Origin: an archaeon GW2011_AR15
Lineage (GTDB): Archaea; Nanobdellota; Nanobdellia; Woesearchaeales; GW2011-AR15
Direction of reading: 5' to 3'
Assembly (NCBI GenBank): GCA_000830295.1
Contig: CP010425.1
Location: 608,001 to 672,000, forward strand
Length of the DNA: 64,000 nt
Shown here: piece by piece, positions 19,526-29,912 of the stretch
Numbering within the stretch: position 1 is the stretch's first letter
Layout: each line of letters starts with the position of its first letter
Made by a program: the position numbers and the translations under genes
The notes under the pieces: generated by a model
The model's input: only the letters and a program-made list of their open reading frames with translations
Databases searched by the model: none
What the model was told of the DNA's origin: nothing

Positions 19526-20854
19526 ATGGGAGCCATAGACCTTAACTATGAAGAATATTCTCTTGATAATGGTCTCAGGGTGGCACTGCAGAGGACGCCT
19601 ACGGAAACAGTTCACGGAAGGCTAAGGGTTTTCCACGGCGCACTGCATGAGAAAAAAGGCGAACAAGGATTGGCAAATCTTACTGAACATGTTCTTGTAA
19701 GTGGCGGCTCTGAAAATATTTCTCCTGACAAAGCAACCTTTATCAGAACGAGTTTTCCATATTTCAATGCATTCACGTATCAGATTCAGACCAAATTTTT
19801 TGTAGATATACTGCCCCAGGATACAGAAACGTTTCTTTTTTTTATCTCTGACAGTGTCTTCCGGCCAATCCCAGATATCAAAATATTCGAGATAGAGAAA
19901 CAAAGAAGCCTTCGTGAAAATGCTGATGAAAGGGGGAGCCCGATTTTCAAGCATCATGAAACATACCGGGAAGCAGCATATGGCAAAAATTCACCATATC
20001 TTCATTCTACTATAGGAAAATATGAGGATATAGCCTCAGCAACAATAGAAAAAGCAATGAATTTTCATTCGCGTGGGTACAGTCCGAATAATGCAGACCT
20101 GATACTTATCGGAAACCTTCCAGAAGATACGGAGAAGATGATTGGAAGATATTTTGGAACAATACCAAGGGGAAATGGGGAAAGGCTGGTTATGCCGGGA
20201 AGCCCTTCTATAAAAGGTCCAAAAATGCTTCATTTCTATGCTCCCGACCTATATGATCACGGCAATCCTGAAGAGAGCAATGCAGGGATAAATATGATAT
20301 TTTCTGCTCCGCATGAAAAAGAAAAAGATAGTGTTGATGCTATGGTGCTTGCAGCCCTGCTTGTAGGGAACATGGATTCGAGATTGTTCAAAACCATAAG
20401 TCAAGAAAATGGATTGGCATATGACTTCAACGGAGGGTATGATGGATCACATAATGCCGGATTCATACATTTTGGTGGAAAAGTACATGCACCGAGGATA
20501 GATAGAGCAATAGAATTGATTTTTGAGGAGATGTCAAAATTGAAGAGCGAACTTGTCCCCAAAATATCTTTGTTGGGACTAAAGAGAAATATGATGTATA
20601 ATATCGCAAAAATTTTTGAGACAAACGAAGGTCGTTTGGGAGCAATAGAAAATTATTGGGACACAGATATGACTCCAGAAATAGCCCTGGCAAATATGGA
20701 TAAAATCACGCCCGAAAGCATAAGGGAGGCAGCAAACAAATACCTCCCGTCAGGCAGGGCTACAGGCAATTATGTCCTGATGATAAGGGACCCGCTTAAA
20801 GGCAGCACGGTGGAGCCGGAAATCAGCAAGGAATATATATCAGAGCATAGATAA
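19526..20854 (+). CDS. M16 (insulinase/pitrilysin) family peptidase-like protein with degenerate metal site
   Basis: LDNGLRV, GLANLTEH (HxxEH altered), FNAFT, YSPNNADLILIG, SRLFKTISQENGLAY. Confidence 0.85.
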   Translation: MGAIDLNYEEYSLDNGLRVALQRTPTETVHGRLRVFHGALHEKKGEQGLANLTEHVLVSGGSENISPDKATFIRTSFPYFNAFTYQIQTKFFVDILPQDTETFLFFISDSVFRPIPDIKIFEIEKQRSLRENADERGSPIFKHHETYREAAYGKNSPYLHSTIGKYEDIASATIEKAMNFHSRGYSPNNADLILIGNLPEDTEKMIGRYFGTIPRGNGERLVMPGSPSIKGPKMLHFYAPDLYDHGNPEESNAGINMIFSAPHEKEKDSVDAMVLAALLVGNMDSRLFKTISQENGLAYDFNGGYDGSHNAGFIHFGGKVHAPRIDRAIELIFEEMSKLKSELVPKISLLGLKRNMMYNIAKIFETNEGRLGAIENYWDTDMTPEIALANMDKITPESIREAANKYLPSGRATGNYVLMIRDPLKGSTVEPEISKEYISEHR

Positions 20855-20861
20855 ATATGCT

Positions 20862-21410
20862 ATGCAGAAATTTCTCAGATTTCCTACATTGAGCTATCCA
20901 AAGCTTACTCTTCTTGTGCTCAGCTACATTCTCACTTACCTCCTTTTCATCAATGGTAGTTTCTCAGCACTCAGCGGCATAATCCACCTCCTTGGGTATA
21001 TAGGGGTGTTTATAGCAGGCATATTCTATTCATATGGGCTCACATCAGGACTTATAACTCCTGTAATCTTCCTTATGGCAAAAAGCCTGAATATCTTTGT
21101 AGCAGGATTCATAGGGGGGCTTGGCTCTTTGGTTGGAGATCTTCTTATATTTGAATTCATAAAAGTTGGATTTAGCGACGAGATACAGAAGCTCGGCCAT
21201 GAAAAACTGCTGATGAAGATAAAGATGCCCGTGATAGTCAGAAGCTATCTTGCCATTATAGTGGGAGCAATAATAATAGCTTCGCCGCTTCCTGACGAGC
21301 TCGGTGTCAGCATAATGGCAATGTCACATATATCAATAAGAAATTTCATTTTCATGGACTATCTGCTCAACACCTCAGGCATACTCTTCATACTATTTCT
21401 TGGCCTTTGA
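20862..21410 (+). CDS. conserved-type membrane protein
   Basis: 5-6 TM; AGIFYSYGLT, GGLGSLVGDLLIF, IIASPLPDELG. Confidence 0.75.
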   Translation: MQKFLRFPTLSYPKLTLLVLSYILTYLLFINGSFSALSGIIHLLGYIGVFIAGIFYSYGLTSGLITPVIFLMAKSLNIFVAGFIGGLGSLVGDLLIFEFIKVGFSDEIQKLGHEKLLMKIKMPVIVRSYLAIIVGAIIIASPLPDELGVSIMAMSHISIRNFIFMDYLLNTSGILFILFLGL

Positions 21411-22016
21411 GGGCTTGCTGTATTTAAGAAATTCTCTGGTTGCGGCAGCCCTATTGATTTCTTCTGTGTATTTCTGGAACTGTTCTATGTTTTCATCTGT
21501 AATAACATCTTTCCTGAGCAGCAGTTCATACTGAAACCCAAACATTGTCTCATGGGGGAAAACGCTCCTTACAAGGCTCATTTTTTTACTTTCAGTATTC
21601 ATGACAGATAGAGTGATTGTGTATGCGTCATCGAAATCCAAACGGTTAGTGGGTCTTGGGCGATTAGTTTTATTCTTTGAGGCACGTACATCCAGCTGGT
21701 AGGTGCATATAACCAATTCTTCTTTTATAGGAAAACGCTCAAACTTTGCATCTTTTCTTATAATCCTCTCAAGAAGGGAATTCCTGTCCCTGGTTTCTTT
21801 AAATCCCTCATTGTCTACAGTTGAGCCGTCCGGAAATACAATCTTTCCTGCAATAGAATTAATATTATCCTCATCATAATTAGGGCTCATATACTCAGTG
21901 AATTTCTCAGACTCCAGGTACCTTCTTGCATTAAGCATAGCCAAAGCAGCCCTGCCGAAAGAATCAAATTGCACATCCCTAAGGTCAGGATAATGGCCCG
22001 TATATTTTTTGTCCAT
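21393..22016 (-). CDS. hypothetical protein
   Basis: 207-aa ORF. Confidence 0.55.
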   Translation of the reverse strand: MDKKYTGHYPDLRDVQFDSFGRAALAMLNARRYLESEKFTEYMSPNYDEDNINSIAGKIVFPDGSTVDNEGFKETRDRNSLLERIIRKDAKFERFPIKEELVICTYQLDVRASKNKTNRPRPTNRLDFDDAYTITLSVMNTESKKMSLVRSVFPHETMFGFQYELLLRKDVITDENIEQFQKYTEEINRAAATREFLKYSKPSKAKK

Positions 22017-22172
22017 TTTAATCGTCTATTTATTGAGGTGAACTGCAAGTTATTTATAAAATTAGTTTTAAAATAGAAATGAAGTAACTCCTTTATAGTA
22101 GTAAAAAATAGAAAGATTTATATACCCTGCAGCCATTATCCTCTTAAAATCAATTGAAAAAGAGGTAGAAAA

Positions 22173-22772
22173 ATGAGAAAACAGCCAGAACCTGCAAGCT
22201 TTGCAATAGTGCATGCGCCAGAACTTAACCCTTCCCTTGAAGAGCTTGTCCTCCACAGGGCAGGAGAATATATTGTTGTGGATGGAGACCAGGTAGCAGC
22301 CAAAGCATTCCGTGATCCTCTTAATCTTTTCAAAGAATCACCTTTTTCAGGATATCCCCACTTTTCAGTTTCTTCATATAATCAAAGGGATGCTGTGCAG
22401 ATTACTGTTGAGGAAGCGCTGAATCTCGGAGTGGAAACTCTTGGAAATGTTCCCCTTGAAAAAATTTACGAGACAACACTGGAGATACTTACAGGAATAG
22501 GGAAAAGGGTCATAGCCCCGGACCAGAGAAGAACGCTTTTGGAAATGATGGACAGGAGAGCATATCTGGTAAGCCTTCCTGAATATGCAGTGCCAAAGGC
22601 AGAAGAAACAAAACCTGCGCCAAAACAAAGCAGGCCATTTGAACTTTGTGATCCCAAAGAAATTGAGGCAATGCTCAGGAACAGCAAAGGCATGGGGGAG
22701 CATTACAATATGATAATGCCCAATTATAGCATGCCACCACCAAGGATTGCAATCAGCCCAACCAATAGATAA
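22173..22772 (+). CDS. hypothetical protein
   Basis: 199-aa ORF with GAGGT RBS. Confidence 0.6.
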   Translation: MRKQPEPASFAIVHAPELNPSLEELVLHRAGEYIVVDGDQVAAKAFRDPLNLFKESPFSGYPHFSVSSYNQRDAVQITVEEALNLGVETLGNVPLEKIYETTLEILTGIGKRVIAPDQRRTLLEMMDRRAYLVSLPEYAVPKAEETKPAPKQSRPFELCDPKEIEAMLRNSKGMGEHYNMIMPNYSMPPPRIAISPTNR

Positions 22773-22799
22773 TTTTTCTTATTTTATGAGACGAGAAAA

Positions 22800-24188
22800 A
22801 TGCCAATAACAAAAAAATCACAATTAGTGCCGGGAGGGATGTACAGAGCAATCTCTCCTGCAGAATTCTTCATTGAGGTATATGATAGTATATCTAACAG
22901 ACTGTCTGCAATTGTCAGCAACCTGTTTGACCAGTACAAAATTTTTATGAAAGGCAGTGAAAACCATAACGTAAGGGAGGAGATTATAGACCTTCTTTTC
23001 GTGGGGGATTATGAGGAAGCAAAAGAGCTGCTGAAAACAGAAATACAGGATAAGAGACTGGCAGAATACATGGGGCTGCCAAAGCTCAAAGAAATCTTTG
23101 ATAATAAATTGATGGAGACTGCCGTGCCAATGCTTATATCAGAAGGAGATGTGTCAACTCTTTATGATGAGTTCCGTAGAGATGAAGCAAGAAAACTTAT
23201 GGAAAAACTTACACCAAAGATTGCGCAGGAATATGGAGTTAGCCATGAGATTGCAATGAAAGCGCTGGAGATATCGCTGAATGTTGACGACGGAATTGGG
23301 GATTCTCATGGAAGAGCCACAGAATTCCTGTATCAGAACACAGAAAAAATGCCTGAAAATCCCTCTCTTTTGCCTCAGTTTCCGTATTCAGAGTACGATG
23401 CTGTAATCAAGTCCCGTATTCTTGACGAGCTTGAAAATTCTCTTGGAATAGATGAAGACGGCAATATAGGTGACGTGCCCCAATCTCAAAGAAAATTCAG
23501 CATAACCAGCGGCTATAACAGTTACGATAATCACAGTCCTCTTAAACGTGGAAAAATGTATGCTGCATATAGGCCGGAGCAGATTAATGATATTGGGCTG
23601 GAGACCAGAATAAATAATGGCAATGGCCACAACAGCGAGCCGAGGAAAGGGAGGATTGAAAGAGTCGAGGGAGATGTGCTTCTGATTCCATTAGTTTCAA
23701 GAGCAGAAAAATATTTCAGTCTTATATCTTCACCAGAAGAAAAAATAATAGCCGGCATGCCGTATGAGACAGCTAAGCAGTTTTATATGCTTGTTTGCGA
23801 AGGAAAGATCGAAGAAGCATATAATTTATTTGTGAGAGAAAGCAGCATACAAATTAAACCCGAACACGTACAGAGGGAATATGAGGATTACAAGAACTTT
23901 TTTAATGGAGAAAATCCACATGTTTCTGAGGCATTGCAGCTGCACGAAGAAGATGTGCCGCTATATTCAGCAATTGACCTCGGTATTGTTGAGATGTCGG
24001 TTCTCAGAATAGCCAGAGCAGAAGCCTCTGTCAACGGCTCTATAAAGCCAGTGAATATGGTTTCCAACCAAAAGGTGAAGATACATCTTGGGAAAATTGA
24101 AGCCGTCTACATTGTTCACCAAGGCCCTATAACAGAAGAATACAGCGCGAAGATAGCAGAATTCCTTGCACAACCTTCTTTAGTCTAG
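22800..24188 (+). CDS. hypothetical protein (acidic, helical)
   Basis: 462-aa ORF co-oriented with the previous gene. Confidence 0.65.
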   Translation: MPITKKSQLVPGGMYRAISPAEFFIEVYDSISNRLSAIVSNLFDQYKIFMKGSENHNVREEIIDLLFVGDYEEAKELLKTEIQDKRLAEYMGLPKLKEIFDNKLMETAVPMLISEGDVSTLYDEFRRDEARKLMEKLTPKIAQEYGVSHEIAMKALEISLNVDDGIGDSHGRATEFLYQNTEKMPENPSLLPQFPYSEYDAVIKSRILDELENSLGIDEDGNIGDVPQSQRKFSITSGYNSYDNHSPLKRGKMYAAYRPEQINDIGLETRINNGNGHNSEPRKGRIERVEGDVLLIPLVSRAEKYFSLISSPEEKIIAGMPYETAKQFYMLVCEGKIEEAYNLFVRESSIQIKPEHVQREYEDYKNFFNGENPHVSEALQLHEEDVPLYSAIDLGIVEMSVLRIARAEASVNGSIKPVNMVSNQKVKIHLGKIEAVYIVHQGPITEEYSAKIAEFLAQPSLV

Positions 24189-24248
24189 GGAAAAATTATT
24201 TAAACTCAGCAACTTCTAATTCTATAAAAAGTAGGTGAACCTGTCTTT

Positions 24249-26903
24249 ATGAAGAAATACGCATATATCGCAGTGCTAATACTTGTGTTTATACTTGCAT
24301 CTGTCTCTGTATATGCTGATGACACTGATTCTGACGGCCTTGATGACGGCTGGGAGATAGGGTATTTCGGCAACCTCCTGCAGACCAGCTCAGGCGATTT
24401 TGAGCCTGACGGCCTGACAAACCTTGAGGAATTCACGCTAACTACAAACCCGAAAGTAGCAGACACAGATGGCGATACTTATTCTGACTGGGAGGAAGCA
24501 GTCCAGGGAAGCAACCCCAATGATGCTAACAGCATCCCTGCAGGAAACATACTTAATATAACCCTGATTAAGCCTAAATTTGTAGTTTCGCCTGTAAAGA
24601 CTTTTGAGCTGCAGATATCCACTCAGAATTCCTCCCAGTGCAAGTACAGCGCCTCCCCCAATGTATTATATGATGATATAGACAACACAAACCAGTTCTT
24701 CACTGCAAGCAACGGAGGGAAAACACACACAATATCTGATTTCCGCCTTGATGCGCAGGATAATTTTGTAGTCCCGATTTATGTGAAATGCAGAATAGAC
24801 TCAAACGGGTTCATAAATGACAACTCGCCGTATGAGATTTCTCTAAGCGTTGATACAACCCCGCCGAAAATAAACTCATTGTATGCAAGCCCCAACCCGG
24901 TCATCGAAAACCTTGATGTCGACCTGATTGCAGTAACGGACGACCCGGCAATATGCAAATATTTTGCAAATAACATTACACTTGCAGATATACAAAGCGT
25001 TTCAGCAGGAGCAAAAATATCAGATTTCAACACTACAAGCACAAGGCATCTTTCAAAAGACACCACTCCGAAAATTGAAGACAAGAAAAGCTACCTTTTC
25101 CATGCAATATGCATGAACAGGGCAGAGCAGGCAACAACAGCAGACGTCAATTTTTCAGTCGACCTTTCAATAAGCAACAGGATAACCCAGAAAAGCCCAT
25201 CAGGCTACATAAATGTCAAAAACACCCAGCTGAAGCTTGTCACAAACAAGCTTGCGACATGCAAATACGGCCAGGGATTCATCAATAATTTCCCTCAGTC
25301 AAACACAAACAACCATTACATTGACCTTACAGAGCTGAATGAGACGTCATACAGCTTTCCCGTACTCTGTACCTTCAGCGATGCAGGCACCCTTTCTGAT
25401 ACAGTATCATTTACAGTTGACACAACACCCCCCTCATCACTGGTGATTAATTCACCAACCCAAAGCTGCTCCCAGGACAGGCTGAGCGTTTCAATGTCAG
25501 CATCAGACACAGCAGGCAATATATCTGGTTTTGATGTAAGGCTTGTTGATGCACTTGATGCAGTGCTGTTCCATATAAACACCGTCTCCACTAATGTGAA
25601 TGCCACGAATCTCTCCCTTGCAGTGGGAAGCACATATTCTTGGGAAGTATCTGCCTTTGACAGGGCAGGCAACAACCTGACTGAAAGGAGTTCAGGGACA
25701 ACAATATTCAGCAGCAATGACACAGTATGCCTCCAGAACCAGGGCCCCCGGATCACAGTTCTTTCCACGCTTACTGAAAACGGGATCTCTGTAAGGCTGG
25801 AATGCATCGATAATGACGGGGTATGCGCAAACATATCCTATCTTGTTTCAGATTCAGCATCATGCACAGGAGATTATCAGGAATATGATGTATTTTCAAA
25901 AATAATCGTATCAGAAGAGTCAACGCTATGCTATACTGCTGCAGACAACCAGGGCACTGAAGTTACAGGCTCAAGACTGGTGAAATACGAGGCGTGCACT
26001 TCAGAGTTCTGCTGCCTTGAACAGCAGGGATATGTGTGCGAAGACAGTGACTGCACTCTTGTTGAAGATGTGCAGTGCGTTCCTGAGAACAAGGACACTG
26101 ACCTTGACGGCATGCCTGATTTCTGGGAAGAGCAGTATGGATTCAATATAAACGTGGATGACTCCAGCCTGGACAAGGATGAGGACGGCCTTGCGAATGT
26201 CCAGGAATATACTTTCGGCTCAAATCCAACCCTCTCGGACACAGATGCAGACGGATATACTGACAAGGAGGAATTTGACGCAAATTCAGATGCAAATGAC
26301 AGTGCAGCCTGGCCGACAACAGGAGACCTTGACAATGACAGGATGACAGAAGGCCAGGAAAAATCCTGCGGAACAGACAGGACAAAAGCTGATGCTGACG
26401 AAGACTATGACCAGGACGGCCTTACAAATTATGATGAGTGCGTCATACACAGGACAAATGCCCTAAAGGCAGACACAGACGGGGACGGATTTGATGACAA
26501 GAAGGAAGTCGACGCAGGAACAGCTCCTGCAAACGGGAATGATTACCCCAACTCGCACTTATTCAGCATTATACTCCTGCTTCTTGGGCTTGGGCTTGTG
26601 GGATTTGGGGCAGTATCGCTTTCAAAAAAATCCGCTTCAAGGCCCAGCATGTCGCCAAATGTTGATTTCAGCAGCGCAAGGCAGCAGCTTTCCCAGCAGC
26701 AGCCGTCAGCACAGAAAAAAAGGCAAGGCATGAAAATTTCAGGAGAAGAGCTTGACAGGGAAATAAAAAAGAAAAGGGAACAGCTCAGGCTGAGGAAAAT
26801 GAGCTCTGTGTTTGATGAATTCGCAGAAAGCAGCCCCAGGCACGAGCAGAAAGAAGATGTCTTTGAAGAAATAGACAGGCTAAGGAAGAAAAAAGGTAAT
26901 TAA
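24249..26903 (+). CDS. surface-anchored protein with thrombospondin type-3-like Ca-binding repeats and Ig/Fn3-like domains
   Basis: Signal peptide; many DTDxDG/DxDGL repeats with TNP/SNP; VDTTPP Ig motifs; C-terminal TM and charged cytoplasmic tail. Confidence 0.85.
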   Translation: MKKYAYIAVLILVFILASVSVYADDTDSDGLDDGWEIGYFGNLLQTSSGDFEPDGLTNLEEFTLTTNPKVADTDGDTYSDWEEAVQGSNPNDANSIPAGNILNITLIKPKFVVSPVKTFELQISTQNSSQCKYSASPNVLYDDIDNTNQFFTASNGGKTHTISDFRLDAQDNFVVPIYVKCRIDSNGFINDNSPYEISLSVDTTPPKINSLYASPNPVIENLDVDLIAVTDDPAICKYFANNITLADIQSVSAGAKISDFNTTSTRHLSKDTTPKIEDKKSYLFHAICMNRAEQATTADVNFSVDLSISNRITQKSPSGYINVKNTQLKLVTNKLATCKYGQGFINNFPQSNTNNHYIDLTELNETSYSFPVLCTFSDAGTLSDTVSFTVDTTPPSSLVINSPTQSCSQDRLSVSMSASDTAGNISGFDVRLVDALDAVLFHINTVSTNVNATNLSLAVGSTYSWEVSAFDRAGNNLTERSSGTTIFSSNDTVCLQNQGPRITVLSTLTENGISVRLECIDNDGVCANISYLVSDSASCTGDYQEYDVFSKIIVSEESTLCYTAADNQGTEVTGSRLVKYEACTSEFCCLEQQGYVCEDSDCTLVEDVQCVPENKDTDLDGMPDFWEEQYGFNINVDDSSLDKDEDGLANVQEYTFGSNPTLSDTDADGYTDKEEFDANSDANDSAAWPTTGDLDNDRMTEGQEKSCGTDRTKADADEDYDQDGLTNYDECVIHRTNALKADTDGDGFDDKKEVDAGTAPANGNDYPNSHLFSIILLLLGLGLVGFGAVSLSKKSASRPSMSPNVDFSSARQQLSQQQPSAQKKRQGMKISGEELDREIKKKREQLRLRKMSSVFDEFAESSPRHEQKEDVFEEIDRLRKKKGN

Positions 26904-26904
26904 A

Positions 26905-27408
26905 ATCAAAAAAGCGCAGGTGTCCTCACAGGTTTTTGTATACATAATGGCTGCAATCATAGTGGCTGTTGTGCTTTTTGTCGGCTACAGGTCAGTCTCC
27001 ACAATATTGGCGGCGGCAGGAAAGGCTACAATAGATACTTTCAAATCAGACTTCAGCTATGCTGTTGAAGATGCTTCTGACAGCTACGGGAGCAGGCACA
27101 AATTTGAATTTACCCTGCCAAAAAAATTTGACAGGATATGTTTTGTCGACTCCATGAATAACGGGAGGTTCAGCATAAACCCCGACAGGATAGATAACTT
27201 TTACATAAGGCTGAGCGTCGAGGATGATGCGGAATATAACGTGTTCCTTCTCAAAGAGGAAAAGATAGAAGAAAGGTTCTATGTCCCTAGCCTTGATGTT
27301 CTTGCAGACTATATGTGCCTTGACAACCAGGGGCTTCTTGAAGTGTGGCTTGAAGGTGTGGGAGACAGGGCCTGCATGGTAAGTGCAACAGGGTCATGTT
27401 TAGGATAG
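26905..27408 (+). CDS. pilin-like protein (class III signal; apparent non-canonical ATC/ATT start)
   Basis: In-frame upstream of GTG 26920: ATT AAA ATC AAA AAA GCG CAG = IKIKKAQ-VSSQVFVYIMAAII. Confidence 0.75.
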   Translation: MKKAQVSSQVFVYIMAAIIVAVVLFVGYRSVSTILAAAGKATIDTFKSDFSYAVEDASDSYGSRHKFEFTLPKKFDRICFVDSMNNGRFSINPDRIDNFYIRLSVEDDAEYNVFLLKEEKIEERFYVPSLDVLADYMCLDNQGLLEVWLEGVGDRACMVSATGSCLG

Positions 27409-27420
27409 ATAGTATAGAAG

Positions 27421-27652
27421 ATGAAAAAAGCCCAGATAGAACAAGGTTTTAATAAAACCTTGAGCAAAACAAGTGCGGCATTCGCTTAAAGCTCAGCCCC
27501 ACAAAAAAATGAAAAAAGCCCAGATAGAAATGCAGTTCAACTATATCAGCTGGTTACGCCCGGCTGGCATGCAAAAGCAGGTTATATCTCGCCCTGCTCG
27601 ATATAACTTACTACCAAAATGAAAAAAGCCCAGATAGAAATGCAGTTCAACT
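27421..27652 (+). repeat. three direct copies of a pilin gene start separated by two hairpin-linker-hairpin inserts
   Basis: ATGAAAAAAGCCCAGATAGAA at 27421, 27509, 27619; copies 2 and 3 share 37 nt; inserts 27442-27508 and 27543-27615. Confidence 0.9.
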
Positions 27653-28599
27653 GGATATATGTTGCTGTAGTCGGAGTTGCGTTCCTGCTGCTGTTTCTGA
27701 GTGTCTCATCAGCAATTAAAAAGAGCTCAGAGGCAAAGATAGCATCAGGGGCAGTTGATTTTTTTGATGAGCTATTCGTAAACCTCCAGGCGTCAGATAA
27801 CACAGAAGACAGGGTATTGCTTCCCGGCATGACAGTTGAGGTAGCTGTTGATAGGGACAACTGCAATTTCTACACAATAGAAGGGACAGACCAGGAGGGG
27901 AGGTCGATAGAATTCACTCCATTTTTCAGCCCTGAGTTTATAGACAGGGAAGCGCTGGCATATACACTTGGATGGGATATCCCGTTCAGGGCATCTTATT
28001 TCCTCTATCTCACAAGCCCTGAGGTTGCCTATGTCTCGATAGGAGCACAAGCGGACCTGCCTGAGCACCTGACTTACTTTAATCTCGGCAGTGCAGGGGG
28101 GTTTGTAGACCAGAATTACAGGAAAATAAGGTTCTTTTCATCTTCATCAAACCCTGCATCATATTCCCTTGACAGTTCAGTTTCTATGATGCCTGACAGG
28201 GATGTAACCGCAGTTTTTATCCAGGGTAATACACTGAGATTCTATGAAAAAGAGGGCAGCAGATTTGTAGAAAAAGGAGAGACTTATTTTTCAGACAGGC
28301 CGACGCTGCTTGCTGCCATATATTCAGACAGCAAAGACAGCTATGAATGCAACATGATGAAATCCCTGAAGAGGCTAAATGCGCTTTCGGGAGTGATGAT
28401 AAAGAGGACGCAGGCGCTGAAGCAGCAGGCATCGTGCTCAGCAGCATATTATGACAGCGCAATTGCACACCTCCGGCAGCTTGAGGCGCAGACAGAAACA
28501 CCAGGCATAAGCTCGCTTCCGAATCTTGCAGCAATAGCAGAATCCCTTAATGGCGTGAATGAAGAGCTCAATAAAATGGCATGCCCCACAATATACTAG
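27619..28599 (+). CDS. pilin-like protein, class III signal peptide
   Basis: MKKAQ-IEMQFNWIYVAVVG hydrophobic helix. Confidence 0.85.
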   Translation: MKKAQIEMQFNWIYVAVVGVAFLLLFLSVSSAIKKSSEAKIASGAVDFFDELFVNLQASDNTEDRVLLPGMTVEVAVDRDNCNFYTIEGTDQEGRSIEFTPFFSPEFIDREALAYTLGWDIPFRASYFLYLTSPEVAYVSIGAQADLPEHLTYFNLGSAGGFVDQNYRKIRFFSSSSNPASYSLDSSVSMMPDRDVTAVFIQGNTLRFYEKEGSRFVEKGETYFSDRPTLLAAIYSDSKDSYECNMMKSLKRLNALSGVMIKRTQALKQQASCSAAYYDSAIAHLRQLEAQTETPGISSLPNLAAIAESLNGVNEELNKMACPTIY

Positions 28600-28614
28600 A
28601 GTGAGAAAAAGACA

Positions 28615-29106
28615 ATGCAGAAAAAAGCCCAGCTCCAGATAATGGAAAACATATTTGCGATAGTGATAATTGTCATAATACTTGCGATAGCGTTTGTCTT
28701 CATGGTGGCTGTTGACAGGCAGGAGCAGAGGAGCAGGGAGCAGGATATAGCAGCCTTGGATGTTGTGAAAAAATCCCAGGTCCTGAATTTCCTTCCTGAG
28801 CTGAAATGCTCAGATAACAACAACCTGGACCCTGACTGCTATGATATACTAAAGATAGAGGCATTCACGCAGCAGGTTTCAGAAGACAATTTTTACTATA
28901 GGACACTGCTCGGCAACATGAAGATCGAGATTGTAAGGTATGACCCGAGCCCCGAAGTCAACAGGGAAGTAAAAAGATGGGTTGTCTATGACAATCCAAA
29001 GGCAGAAGACAGCGGCTACACCCTTGTGCGGCTTCCTGTCCTGCTGAAAGACATTGCAGAAGACAGCGACTATTTCGGCATGATATATATGAGGGTGTAC
29101 AGATGA
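28615..29106 (+). CDS. pilin-like protein, class III signal peptide
   Basis: MQKKAQ-LQIMENIFAIVII. Confidence 0.85.
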   Translation: MQKKAQLQIMENIFAIVIIVIILAIAFVFMVAVDRQEQRSREQDIAALDVVKKSQVLNFLPELKCSDNNNLDPDCYDILKIEAFTQQVSEDNFYYRTLLGNMKIEIVRYDPSPEVNREVKRWVVYDNPKAEDSGYTLVRLPVLLKDIAEDSDYFGMIYMRVYR

Positions 29107-29573
29107 ACAGGAGAGCGCAGACAGAAGTCATTGGAATTGCGGTAATAGTGCTGATACTTGTAATTGCGGGAGGATTCATATTATCAAGAAACCTGAAAGA
29201 AAAATCTCCGGATACAGGCTCTTTCATTGACCCCAAAATCTCGCAGGGATTCCTCAATTCAGTAATGAAGACCAAGACAGAGAGGAATATTGTTGTTGCC
29301 GATGCGATAGCATACTGCCATGACCCCAAGAAAAGGGACCTTTGCGGAGGGGACTGCTGCAGCTATGCCCGCCAGACAATATCCAATGCGCTTGATGCCT
29401 CGCTGAAAGACTGGAAAAGGGAATATTACCTTACAATAAGGCAGGATAGTGCAACAATGATAAATGCAATCTCTTCGCAGGGGTGCGGGCTTTATTCTGA
29501 AAAGGAGCAGCCCGGATTTTATTACATACCTTCTGTTCCGCAGATAACAGTTTCTTTGTATCTGTGCAAATAG
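29103..29573 (+). CDS. pilin-like protein, class III signal peptide
   Basis: MNRRAQ-TEVIGIAVIVL; ATGA overlap. Confidence 0.85.
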   Translation: MNRRAQTEVIGIAVIVLILVIAGGFILSRNLKEKSPDTGSFIDPKISQGFLNSVMKTKTERNIVVADAIAYCHDPKKRDLCGGDCCSYARQTISNALDASLKDWKREYYLTIRQDSATMINAISSQGCGLYSEKEQPGFYYIPSVPQITVSLYLCK

Positions 29574-29635
29574 AGATTAAACCAAAACTTTTAAATACAT
29601 AACCGCTAATAATCCAGTAATATAAAGGTGGGAAA

Positions 29636-29911
29636 ATGAATAATAAAGCGCAGTCAATTTCTATAAACACGATTGTTGTTGCAGCAATAGCACTGACAGT
29701 CATGATTCTTGTGATTCTTATAACAACAGGCAGCCTGGGGAATTTCAGGAGGTCAGCTGACCAGTGCGAGGCAAACGGCGGGGTCTGCATCAGCGTGGAC
29801 GAGATAGATGAAAAATGCGGCGACCCTGACTATGATATTATAAGAGGGGATTATGTCTGCTATAGCGGCAGGGACCCAGATCCAAATAAAGTATGTTGCG
29901 TGAGCACTTAA
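29636..29911 (+). CDS. small Cys-rich pilin (candidate major pilin)
   Basis: MNNKAQ-SISINTIVVAAIAL; 6 Cys, ends VCCV; own TTTAAATA box and AGGTG RBS. Confidence 0.85.
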   Translation: MNNKAQSISINTIVVAAIALTVMILVILITTGSLGNFRRSADQCEANGGVCISVDEIDEKCGDPDYDIIRGDYVCYSGRDPDPNKVCCVST

Positions 29912-29912
29912 G

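Noticed and set aside
27421-27652. CRISPR array (three repeats with spacers)
   Set aside because: Repeats are the coding start of the downstream gene, are unequal in length and non-palindromic; spacers are ~70 nt and structured; no cas genes in the window.
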